A DNA stretch of 64,000 bases from a virus. The stretch is from positions 1 to 64,000 of IMG/VR virus record IMGVR_UViG_3300017991_000007, one strand, 5' to 3'. Position 1 is the stretch's first letter; each line of letters begins with the position of its first letter. The notes under the pieces were generated by a model, which was given only the letters and a program-made list of their open reading frames with translations, made no database searches and was not told the origin of the DNA. Below are positions 36,738 through 45,187 of this stretch, piece after piece. The position numbers and the translations under genes are program-made.

Positions 36738-37196
36738 TTAGAAAAGTTCGTCACCTCTCCAATGGAAAATACCGTCAAGCAGATTATTGGAATTGAAGTC
36801 ACCCTCTGGTTGTACCTCAAGTTCATGCTCTTGGATTGGAGCGTCAAGGGATTCTCTGGTTAAGATAATGACCTTCATATCCTTGTGGGTAAAGGGTTTG
36901 TCATAGGGGTAATCCTTTGGCTCATTGGGGTACGCTTTATCATCATATTGCTCTCTAATGCGCCGGAAAAGCCTCAATATGTATTCCTCAGCGGTATCGA
37001 CTATAACCACGTCACCGCCCCGGAAATGGACCTCTAAGGCCAATTCTGCAAGCGCAAGGCGTTGCTCCGGGTAGGTCTGACTGAGGCTCCAAAAAGGCAT
37101 AAAGTTAGGCGGTTGTCCACCTAACTTGCCGGTAACGTATTCTTTGGCGTGATCCTTTTCTATCCAGTAGGTATTTGGAATATAGAACGTGATCAA
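36738..37196 (-). CDS. DUF3696/ABC-ATPase C-terminal-like fragment
   Basis: YPEQ..ALAEL...G.DVVIVDTAEEYILRLFRRIRE...G.F.....DGIF. Confidence 0.5.
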   Translation of the reverse strand: MITFYIPNTYWIEKDHAKEYVTGKLGGQPPNFMPFWSLSQTYPEQRLALAELALEVHFRGGDVVIVDTAEEYILRLFRRIREQYDDKAYPNEPKDYPYDKPFTHKDMKVIILTRESLDAPIQEHELEVQPEGDFNSNNLLDGIFHWRGDELF

Positions 37197-37344
37197 TCGG
37201 TATCCTCTCGTTTTTCTTTACCAAAGCAGTAAGGATCATCCTCAGCGCAATAGCAAACGCTCTTATTGCAGCAAGAGGTGTATCCATCATCGACTACCGG
37301 ATTTTCACGTCCGCAATTGCTACAATGCGGGGTGCCAAAATCTT

Positions 37345-37593
37345 TCATATGCCCACCTCAGCCATTAAAGCGGCGTTTGCAGCCTCATCAAAATCAGGGG
37401 GTACTTGTACCCGATAGGTCGCAAAATCCTCTACCGTTGCCGGACGTAAATTGGAAAAAGCTACATGCTGCGGACCCGGATGCAAAGCGAAAGGTGCGCC
37501 CCTCAAGACGCTTGCCCGCAGTACACCCATATTGACTGCATCAATCATATAGCCAAGAGTATGCTCATTTCGGACAACATAGCAGTTTAACAT
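37345..37593 (-). CDS. Hypothetical protein
   Basis: LRPATVEDF..YRV motif. Confidence 0.6.
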   Translation of the reverse strand: MLNCYVVRNEHTLGYMIDAVNMGVLRASVLRGAPFALHPGPQHVAFSNLRPATVEDFATYRVQVPPDFDEAANAALMAEVGI

Positions 37594-37862
37594 TCGTCTG
37601 CCTCTCCATTAATGATTTGCAGAAAACCGGTCAACCCGGCCTCAAAGTCACCTATCAATTCAGCTTCCCCGCAACCGTTATAATCCGGGTCAACCTCAAG
37701 AAAGCAGACGTGCGGATTTTCGTGATCCGGGTCATAAACATGGTGCATTTCGCCAAGCACTAAGCCGTTGCTGGAATCAATTACAAAGTAGGTAGCAACC
37801 GAGCCGTTGCCGTCTGCGGATGCCTCAGTAAGCTCCGTATGAATGTCATTGCGATTCAACAT
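37587..37862 (-). CDS. Hypothetical acidic protein
   Basis: Coupled ORF. Confidence 0.6.
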   Translation of the reverse strand: MLNRNDIHTELTEASADGNGSVATYFVIDSSNGLVLGEMHHVYDPDHENPHVCFLEVDPDYNGCGEAELIGDFEAGLTGFLQIINGEADEC

Positions 37863-38077
37863 TATACCACCTCATCAAAAACGTCATTGGCTATGTAGAA
37901 AACAATATCCGCTGCGGCTGCGTTGGCTATGCAGTCCAGACCCAAGGCGTTTGCGCCCGCAAGAGTGTTTTCCAAGTCGGTAGTTTCCGCAGTGAGTTCC
38001 TGCGGGGTCATGGAGTCGTAAAGGTCCAAGGCCAATTCGTCTGCTATTTCCAAGTTGTGTAAGGTTAAGTCAGTCAT
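37862..38077 (-). CDS. Hypothetical acidic protein
   Basis: Behind operator promoter and conserved leader. Confidence 0.6.
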   Translation of the reverse strand: MTDLTLHNLEIADELALDLYDSMTPQELTAETTDLENTLAGANALGLDCIANAAAADIVFYIANDVFDEVV

Positions 38078-38129
38078 TGCATTTCCCCTTTCGGTGTTGG
38101 CTTGTTGTGTCGTTTGATTCATCATGCGT

Positions 38130-38190
38130 AAAGTATAACAAGTCCCTAGAGCGTTGTCAACAAAAAAGTGCAATTAATTGCACTTTTTTA
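38130..38190 (-). promoter_or_regulatory. Operator plus sigma70 promoter
   Basis: TGTCAA 38155-60, TGCAATTAATTGCA 38169-82. Confidence 0.8.
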
Positions 38191-38215
38191 TAAGATGTTG
38201 AAAATAAAGAGCATT

Positions 38216-38473
38216 TTATCCATTCATTAAGAGTAAAGAGCCTAAGCCTCTATTCATAGCCTCTTGCCAAATTACGTGAAACTGAATTTCCAAGGTATGT
38301 ACTACCCGGTCAACCGTCCTACCGCCGTGGGGGTGATCCTCACAAAGCAGATTGATATTCCGGCGCAAGTCACCGCTGAAACGTACCAAGCTGAAATCAT
38401 CCATAGACATAGCGGTTATTCGGGTTGAAACGGCCAAATCCCTATCAAAATTTTCCTGATTAAAATTCGGCAT
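38216..38473 (-). CDS. Hypothetical protein
   Basis: AAGGAG RBS; operator promoter upstream. Confidence 0.6.
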   Translation of the reverse strand: MPNFNQENFDRDLAVSTRITAMSMDDFSLVRFSGDLRRNINLLCEDHPHGGRTVDRVVHTLEIQFHVIWQEAMNRGLGSLLLMNG

Positions 38474-38519
38474 TTCGTTTCTCCTTTCTTGGCTTATGTC
38501 ATTATTGGTTTCCATGCCC

Positions 38520-38625
38520 TAACTCTATCAAGGCTTAAAAGCCGTGTCAAGTAAAAAATGCAAGCGATTGCACTTTTTTATTTTTCAGAAATTACTTGAC
38601 AAGTCTTTTCAGGTGTGTTAGTATT
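38520..38625. promoter_or_regulatory. Operator with divergent promoters
   Basis: TGTCAA 38545-50, TGCAAGCGATTGCA 38559-72, TTGACA 38596-601. Confidence 0.75.
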
Positions 38626-38654
38626 CCTTTATAATTTACGCACGGGGGTAGCGA

Positions 38655-39194
38655 ATGGCAAAGAAAAAGCCGGTCAAATGGGAGCCTTTCAAAGAGGCAT
38701 ATTACCCGGATGATTTTCCGCTTGATGACGATAAGGTTTACAAGAATAATCAGTATCAGGTAGCAGCCAAGCTTTATCCCTCTCAAGGGGGTTTTCCTCA
38801 GTATGTGGGGCTTTCCATTAAGAAGCTGAATAAACACCCCGTACATGATTGGCGGGATTTGCAGCGTATAAAAAATGAGTTGTGCGGGATCAATTGTCAA
38901 GCTATTGAGATTTACCCGCCTGAGTCTGAGTTGGTGGATACTGCCAACCAATATCATCTTTGGGTATTCCCGCCGGGTATCTGCTTACCTATCGGATTTA
39001 GTGAGCGGCGTGTTTCGTGTGATCCTGAATTCCAAGAGCAATTAGAGCAAGATTGTGCTGGTATCGGGATTGATCCAAAGCAGTTGAATAAATCCAAGCA
39101 AAGAGAATTCAAAGAGCATCATAAATGCCGGACCTTGCCGGAAATCGGTAGGGTATGGCAGGATGTTGGCTATGAGGGGGTAGAGGATGATTGA
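38655..39194 (+). CDS. Conserved phage protein
   Basis: LSIK...HDWRDLQRIKNEL.G....AIEIYP.ES.LVD.ANQYHLW. Confidence 0.75.
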   Translation: MAKKKPVKWEPFKEAYYPDDFPLDDDKVYKNNQYQVAAKLYPSQGGFPQYVGLSIKKLNKHPVHDWRDLQRIKNELCGINCQAIEIYPPESELVDTANQYHLWVFPPGICLPIGFSERRVSCDPEFQEQLEQDCAGIGIDPKQLNKSKQREFKEHHKCRTLPEIGRVWQDVGYEGVEDD

Positions 39195-40947
39195 TATCAC
39201 TAAGCCCGTTACCACGGCAAAAGGGCAGCGTGTTATCGGATTGCAGCGGGTACCATGCAACTCTGAGGGTAGAAAAGTAACCTACCCTTTGAAGGGTAGC
39301 GTTGTGGTTTGTGAAAAGCCTTTCAGGACTGAGTACAATGTTTGGACTGATAGCGGCGTGTGGGATGTAGTCTGGAATAGGCACCCGGAACTTAACTTGA
39401 TTCAAGGGGGTTGAAAATGGCCTTAGTGAGTAGAGAGGAAAAGGACGGCGTTCATATTGACGTGGTTTGTGATCATTGCGGTGCGGTCAATGATGCGGAT
39501 GTAACGCATGATATTGCCGGAAATTATTGCAGCAAACCGGAGTGTCAAAAAGTTTGGTGGAAAAACCGAAAAAAAGGTAAGGCATTTATGGGTAAGCTTT
39601 TGAAAACCACTATGAATTTCATTGAGGGAATGGATGATCTTGCTAAAGAATTTGAGGAAAGTAAGAAATGACGGCGTTTACTTTTGTGGGAGTGTTGGCG
39701 GTTGGTTTCATCCTTGGGGTGATTTTAGGGCTTTCAATGGGGAGTCAAAAAAGAAAGCTACTTGAGGAATTGCAGGAAACTTATGAGGAAACGGTTGCCA
39801 AGCAAAAAGAGGCAATCAAGCATCAAGATTCTGCTATCGAAACTCAGAAAGAAGCTATTGAAAAGCTTATGCTGAGGCTCAAGGTAGATTATCCTTTTGT
39901 GTGAGGTAATAAATGAAATTCCGGCTTGAACCTATGGACCTTTTTCCTCTGAATAATATCAGCGGGAAAATCCCTATGGACCTTTTAATTAAAGTTCATT
40001 GGGGTGGTATGTCCAAGTCAAGCTTTTCGCTTGAGTCTTTTATCAGGCAGTACACGCCGGATAAGGTTATCTCATTTTCGGATGCAACGGGTGTGGGGGA
40101 ACCTCTTGTAATGAGGCATTCACAGCTTATGGAAAAGCTTGAGATTGAGGGTATCTTAAAAAAGTGGGAGCGCATTCAGGATGAGCGGGAAAACCGAAAG
40201 CGATAAAATTTTTGAGCAATGGCGCACTAAGGTCTATGACCCCAATGAGGGTGGGTTTGTAACCATTAAGCATAGGGATAGGAAGTTCATAGGTACCCTT
40301 TCTTGCGGACCCGGCGGGGTGGGTATCTTTGAGCCTTATGAGCCGTTGCACGTCAATTTTAAGTATGAAATCAATGTGTCTGAGTTGGACCCTGCGGTAG
40401 TTAAGTCGATAAAAGAATTCAGGGCGGGGTGGGGTGCAAAGAAAGTTGAAATAGCTTTAGATGATGATGAGGATTAATGGAGGCTCCTAAGCACATAAAA
40501 AGTATGAGGGAACTTGTAGATATTTTTGGGGATTTTTATCCGCAAACTACTTTGGAATTGCGTCACTCTGAAATGTTTTCCCCGGTTGGCAGACTCAAAA
40601 TGGGTAGTTGGTCTATTCCGGCTTATGATCCGGTTTCCAAGTACAATAGGACTGAGTACGTTGTGGTATTTACGGACTTTGGCGTTCAATACCGTGGGGA
40701 GCTTGACGTTGAAACTGGAATCATAACTATAGATAGTCATATCACGGGTGACGTGAAAAAGATTGTAACAATGGAGGTCGTAACCTGCGGGTATGCGCCC
40801 GGTGTGGACCCTGATAGACTCGAATACTTTGAGGAAAGGCGGTTGGCGAATTTACCCATTGGGGTACCGTCGCAGTCTTTCAATACACAACACAATGCTT
40901 GGTTTAGGATTCATAGTTTTAGAGAATTGAGGGATAGACCCCCTTAA
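39187..40947 (+). CDS. Run of six small hypothetical ORFs (39187-39414, 39411-39671, 39668-39904, 39913-40206, 40181-40477, 40477-40947)
   Basis: Overlapping or adjacent start/stop codons on the same strand. Confidence 0.55.
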
Positions 40948-40989
40948 AAAATACTTGACAATCCAAATAAGCGGTGTATATTAACCAAC

Positions 40990-41482
40990 CATTACGGCGG
41001 CAAACCGTGACTCTGGATAGCGATTTGTTAGCTGTATTTGCTCAATTTTATTAGGAAAGGGGTGATTAAACGTGTCAAGATTTTGAAGTTCATTTTGATG
41101 AAAGTCTGCTTTTGGACGTAACTCACTGCGAAGTGGGGTACCCCTTGGTAGGGCAGCTTTTTGAATCTCTGGTTTTGTCTTGGCCCTTTATCCGTGATTT
41201 TGATTCACGGGGCAAGTCAGGGGAAAATCAGGCTAAAGAGTCTCTAAGCTTGTGATCTGCGGGGGAACGCTCCGGTAACTATACGGGAAAGAGCCTGAAC
41301 GAGCGAACAGGTCATTTCCTTAAACACCGTGCCGGGGTTTCAACGGAGTTGGCTGCAATCCTATCCAATGTGATCATAGGGCTGCGGTGTTTGGAGGCGG
41401 GTGACTTAGAACATGAAAGGATAGAACTTTGAATAGTTTTACGAGGTAGAGGCCGTTTCCATTGGGAGCGGCCTTTGCTTTT
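40990..41482 (+). ncRNA. Putative ~490-nt structured non-coding RNA
   Basis: Own promoter (TTGACA 40955) and terminator (41450-41482); no + strand ORF; many complementary segments. Confidence 0.55.
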
Positions 41483-41530
41483 TGTGCTATGATGTAAAAA
41501 TGTTTCACATGAAACAATTGGAGCTACCCA

Positions 41531-42418
41531 ATGAGCAAAGGCGAAAACCAAACCAATATTACCATCCAAGGCAAGAGCTTCCAACACTACCTATTTTTTC
41601 CACTGTTAATCATAGCTTGCGCTGCTATCGCTATCGGAGTGTACCAATACTATGCCCACCAAAAAGACCTTGATGCGGCCTCAGTTGACGCAAAGAGCCT
41701 GAAAGACCTTGTGAAAAACCTCAAGAAAGCGAATGCGGGGTATGAGCAAGAGATAGATGCCCTTGCAAAACTGGCAACCGACCTCAGAGACAAGCTGGAA
41801 AACGCTGAGTCAGAGGTGCGGGTAGAGGTGCGGACTCGTACAATCCGAATTCCGGGGCAACCAACCGACCCCGTGCAACCGATTGCACTACCACCGTCTT
41901 GTGAGGACTGTCTGCCTCAAATCGAAATGCCCTATCACTTTGAAAATACTTATGTGACGCTGGATGACCTACTCAAATGGTCTGAGGATGACAAAACCTT
42001 TGTTTCGGATGAGGATTACCGCAAGTTCAAACTGAAACCGGAGTTTGATGCGCTGCTTTTGACCCAAGGCACTGAGAATATTGTGGAACAGGATGAGAAA
42101 ATTCTGAGGGCAAGGTGGATCATTGGTGTTGACGGGGGTATCCGTACTCTGAATGATGAGGATAAGCCCGGTGAATTGGGGGCTACTGAGGTTGGCATTA
42201 ATTCCGGGGTTGAATTCCTGAATTTTAAGAAGCTGATAAAGGCACCCTTGGGCATGGCAGCAACAGCCTCAGTCACGCCCGCCGATTGGGAGCAATCGCA
42301 CCTCTCTTTGGGGATGACCTACCGGCCTTTCAGGAATGTTGCCGTGTCTGTTGGCTATGGTCGGTCCATGCAATCCGATATGGCTCTTGTGGGGCTTGGT
42401 GTTTTTCCTATGAAGTAA
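41531..42418 (+). CDS. Membrane-anchored coiled-coil protein with C-terminal beta-rich domain (spanin-like candidate)
   Basis: N-terminal TM, coiled coil, amphipathic beta strands at the C-terminus. Confidence 0.5.
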   Translation: MSKGENQTNITIQGKSFQHYLFFPLLIIACAAIAIGVYQYYAHQKDLDAASVDAKSLKDLVKNLKKANAGYEQEIDALAKLATDLRDKLENAESEVRVEVRTRTIRIPGQPTDPVQPIALPPSCEDCLPQIEMPYHFENTYVTLDDLLKWSEDDKTFVSDEDYRKFKLKPEFDALLLTQGTENIVEQDEKILRARWIIGVDGGIRTLNDEDKPGELGATEVGINSGVEFLNFKKLIKAPLGMAATASVTPADWEQSHLSLGMTYRPFRNVAVSVGYGRSMQSDMALVGLGVFPMK

Positions 42419-42444
42419 ATGAAAAGGTGTGTTATGATTTAGGT

Positions 42445-42530
42445 GGTACATTTTGGTTGCCGTTTTGCTATCTTTCCTTTCTGAAAGGCCGGTGTTGTCG
42501 CTACCCCCGTTGACACCGGCCTTTCCCTTT
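42445..42530 (+). ncRNA. Putative small RNA with anti-RBS loop
   Basis: Extended -10 TGTTATGAT 42430-38; hairpin AAAGGCCGGTGT..GCTACCCCC..ACACCGGCCTTT. Confidence 0.5.
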
Positions 42531-42613
42531 GAAAATTGTTTGCCAGCTAAAATAGTTCCTGCTATCATTATGTAGGTTATAACCGTTAATTTCTTTGCAA
42601 AGGAGTGAGGTAA

Positions 42614-43114
42614 ATGGCTTACGATGTAGAACTGATTAGGTCGGACGGTGAGGGAAGTCTAAACTTTAACGAGCTTGAGGCGAAAATCAAAGATTTCGTT
42701 GACGCTCTTTCGGTACCGGTGAAAGTGTCGGTTGGAGAGGGTGAGGATGGTCTGTTCGCCGTGATCGAATACGGTACCGACCTTGCCGGTGCGGGTCTTG
42801 TTGGTCCGGCGGGTCCGGCGGGTCCGGCGGGTGATCCAACCGTTCTTTACCCGGTGGAATTTGTCGGGTCCAACGGTGCGGGTCCATGCACCCCGGCCTC
42901 AAAATCGGATGAGGCAATCAACGTGGGTGACAAGCTGGTTCATATCGTTGGATATGTGACGGCTGCGGGTACCTTCGTTGCTACCCCCACATTGGCTGAG
43001 GCTATTGGTTCGGCTGATTTCGATTCGCTGATTACGGCGGGTCCGGTTGTTACGCAGAATAATGTAGCGAATTGGTCCACCAATACCTACATTGCGTTGG
43101 TTGCTCGTACCTAA
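42614..43114 (+). CDS. Putative virion-associated protein with short collagen-like repeat
   Basis: GPAGPAGPAGD; AGGAG RBS. Confidence 0.6.
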   Translation: MAYDVELIRSDGEGSLNFNELEAKIKDFVDALSVPVKVSVGEGEDGLFAVIEYGTDLAGAGLVGPAGPAGPAGDPTVLYPVEFVGSNGAGPCTPASKSDEAINVGDKLVHIVGYVTAAGTFVATPTLAEAIGSADFDSLITAGPVVTQNNVANWSTNTYIALVART

Positions 43115-43136
43115 GTAACCGAGCATTTACAGTGGA

Positions 43137-43165
43137 AAGCCCCGGCGTAAAAACCGGGGCTTTTT
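43137..43165. terminator. Bidirectional terminator
   Basis: AAAGCCCCGG-CGTAAAAA-CCGGGGCTTTTT between convergent units. Confidence 0.75.
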
Positions 43166-43483
43166 ATTAAGAGGGGGATAGGCATTTCAGCCTACCGTTT
43201 CCGCTTACTTGTATGAACGGCAATTCTCCAAAAGGTACCCGCCGGTACATCTTGGCCTCAGCGGTGTTTTTCAATAACCCGGTCCTAAAGTCGGTTGCCG
43301 CCAACCATTACCCCCGAATCACCTCAAACTACCCCTCTTAGCAAATCAAAGAAATAACGGCTTGCTCCCCGTGCCTACCGCCTGAATCAGCCCCAAAAAT
43401 CCTTTGCTGAAACTTCCCTATCGGGTACCTCTAGTTAAGCGGGTAAAAACCCCGAAACGCCCCTAGTCGTATTTCAAAAGTAA

Positions 43484-43580
43484 GGCGGGATGAGCCGGGG
43501 ATTCAAACCCCGTCGCCATTGTAGCGGCTTTACCATTCGTGATCATATCCGTTTGCAACCGGATACTCCCACCTCATCCC
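43484..43580 (-). ncRNA. tRNA-like element
   Basis: Minus strand: GGGATGAG/CTCATCCC closing stem, CGGGG-TTTGAAT-CCCCG T-arm, TATCCG/CGGATA hairpin. Confidence 0.45.
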
Positions 43581-43744
43581 TACTCTCTTGAGAGGTCTTT
43601 TTTCATTTCCCTCTTGAATACCCTGCGGGTCTTACGGCGCAAGGCTTTCCGTTCTTTTCCGGGTGGGGGTCCGCAGCATGAACAATTCATCCCGCCGGGT
43701 CCAACCCATTTCCAAGAGGTTTTCTTGAATTCATCTATTGTCAT
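43580..43744 (-). CDS. 54-aa basic peptide with CSCC motif
   Basis: MTIDEFKK...GPGGMNCSCCGPPPGKERKALRRK; overlaps the stop of the upstream ORF. Confidence 0.55.
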   Translation of the reverse strand: MTIDEFKKTSWKWVGPGGMNCSCCGPPPGKERKALRRKTRRVFKREMKKDLSRE

Positions 43745-43941
43745 TTTCGCTCATTCCTTTCCCAAAAAAGATCATCCCACATTTCAACCGCCTCAGCTTT
43801 GGTGCGTCCTAACGGTCCCTCAGAGTCACAACTTATGCAAGCTACTCTGAAACCTACTATCATCGGAGCGCAACCGGCGGGTGGGCTTTCCTCCATTTCA
43901 GCCCAAAGCATACCGGAGCCGCCTAAGCACTCAAAGCACAA
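43741..43941 (-). CDS. Lar-like Zn-ribbon protein
   Basis: CFEC...VACISC..EGP...TKAEAVEMW. Confidence 0.45.
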   Translation of the reverse strand: MCFECLGGSGMLWAEMEESPPAGCAPMIVGFRVACISCDSEGPLGRTKAEAVEMWDDLFWERNERK

Positions 43942-44011
43942 CTCCTTTGGTTTTGGCTCATTTCGTACCCCATTTTGAGGCTCCTTTCATGCAAACTGAT
44001 TATCAACTGAC

Positions 44012-44112
44012 TGCATCATAACAACGCTCTTTTGGTGTGTCAAGTAAAAAGTGCAATTGCTTGCATTTTTTCTTAAAAAATACTTGACACGGCTATTTAG
44101 GTGTGTTAGGGT
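44012..44112. promoter_or_regulatory. Operator with divergent promoters
   Basis: TGTCAA 44038-43, TGCAATTGCTTGCA 44052-65, TTGACA 44084-89. Confidence 0.75.
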
Positions 44113-44155
44113 TAAGATAGGTTGAAAACTTGGCAACTGAAAAGGGGTAGCAAAA

Positions 44156-44500
44156 ATGTTAAACGAACACTTTTTAGTGATTGCGGGCAACGGGGGTCAA
44201 CATGACGCTGAGGTTACTGAATTAACCTCTCAGGGTGTGGACCTTTGCCGTGTGCAACGTATTCAACACGGGCGGGGGCGGCGTACTGCGGAATTGGTAA
44301 GGACTATTTACGGATGGTCCGTCCGTCACGGTAGCGGCCTCAATAATTTCGGGATCATGCGTCATTCGTGTCCTTTTGAGGATGCCGTTCAATTCGGTAT
44401 CAATTGGGCAAACCGTGATCCTGATAATCGGGAATTTTTTGTCCGGCGGTCTGCATTCAGCAATATGACTGAGGATGACCGGCGGTTAATTGGTGCGTAA
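44156..44500 (+). CDS. Hypothetical protein
   Basis: GGGGTAGC RBS. Confidence 0.65.
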   Translation: MLNEHFLVIAGNGGQHDAEVTELTSQGVDLCRVQRIQHGRGRRTAELVRTIYGWSVRHGSGLNNFGIMRHSCPFEDAVQFGINWANRDPDNREFFVRRSAFSNMTEDDRRLIGA

Positions 44501-44517
44501 GAAACGGGGGTAGCAAA

Positions 44518-44763
44518 ATGGAAACGACACGAATTGAACGTACACGAATTGAGCCAACCGACTCAATGACACCGCAAGAGCTACTTGAGGCTGCGAATGT
44601 CATTATGAATCGGGTTGCAGCGGACCCTGAGAGGTTGCCTTTCGCTGAGGCAGTGCGTATCAACACGCTCTTGCTTGAGGCTGAAAGGACCGGACGGGAT
44701 TACGATTGGGAAGTGCTTGAGGTTGCAATCCTGCAATTCCAAGAGGCGCACGGGGATGCCTAA
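44518..44763 (+). CDS. Hypothetical protein
   Basis: GGGGGTAGC RBS; TDSMTPQEL resembles DSMTPQEL in 37862-38077. Confidence 0.6.
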   Translation: METTRIERTRIEPTDSMTPQELLEAANVIMNRVAADPERLPFAEAVRINTLLLEAERTGRDYDWEVLEVAILQFQEAHGDA

Positions 44764-45187
44764 AGGTGACTGCTTTCAGGCAGCTTTTAACCTACTCCAT
44801 GATATGAGGGATGCCTACTTAGTTCATGCGGTCTGCATAGGCAGGGGCGGGGCTATTACGGGCATTCCTTTTATCCATGCGTGGGTAGAGAAAGATCATA
44901 CCGTATTCGATTATTCCAATGATACTGAGGATGAGATTTTTGCGGACTTGTACTATGGGATAGGTAACGTCCGTTGGATACGAAAATATGATTTTGATGC
45001 GGCGTGTCATAGAGCCGTGGCAACGGAAATCTATGGACCTTGGGATATTGACGTGGACTCTGATACCGGGGATATCTTTGACTGCTTTCCGGGTAAGGGT
45101 GATCCTATAAAAAATGCCTTTGATCCTTGGACCTATTGTAGAGGTCTTTGGGGGATCAAGGATATCTTGGGAGTTAGAGTTGGATAA
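44756..45187 (+). CDS. Hypothetical protein with Cys/His papain-like motifs
   Basis: GDCF..A...LVH....HAWVE....DYS. Confidence 0.55.
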   Translation: MPKGDCFQAAFNLLHDMRDAYLVHAVCIGRGGAITGIPFIHAWVEKDHTVFDYSNDTEDEIFADLYYGIGNVRWIRKYDFDAACHRAVATEIYGPWDIDVDSDTGDIFDCFPGKGDPIKNAFDPWTYCRGLWGIKDILGVRVG

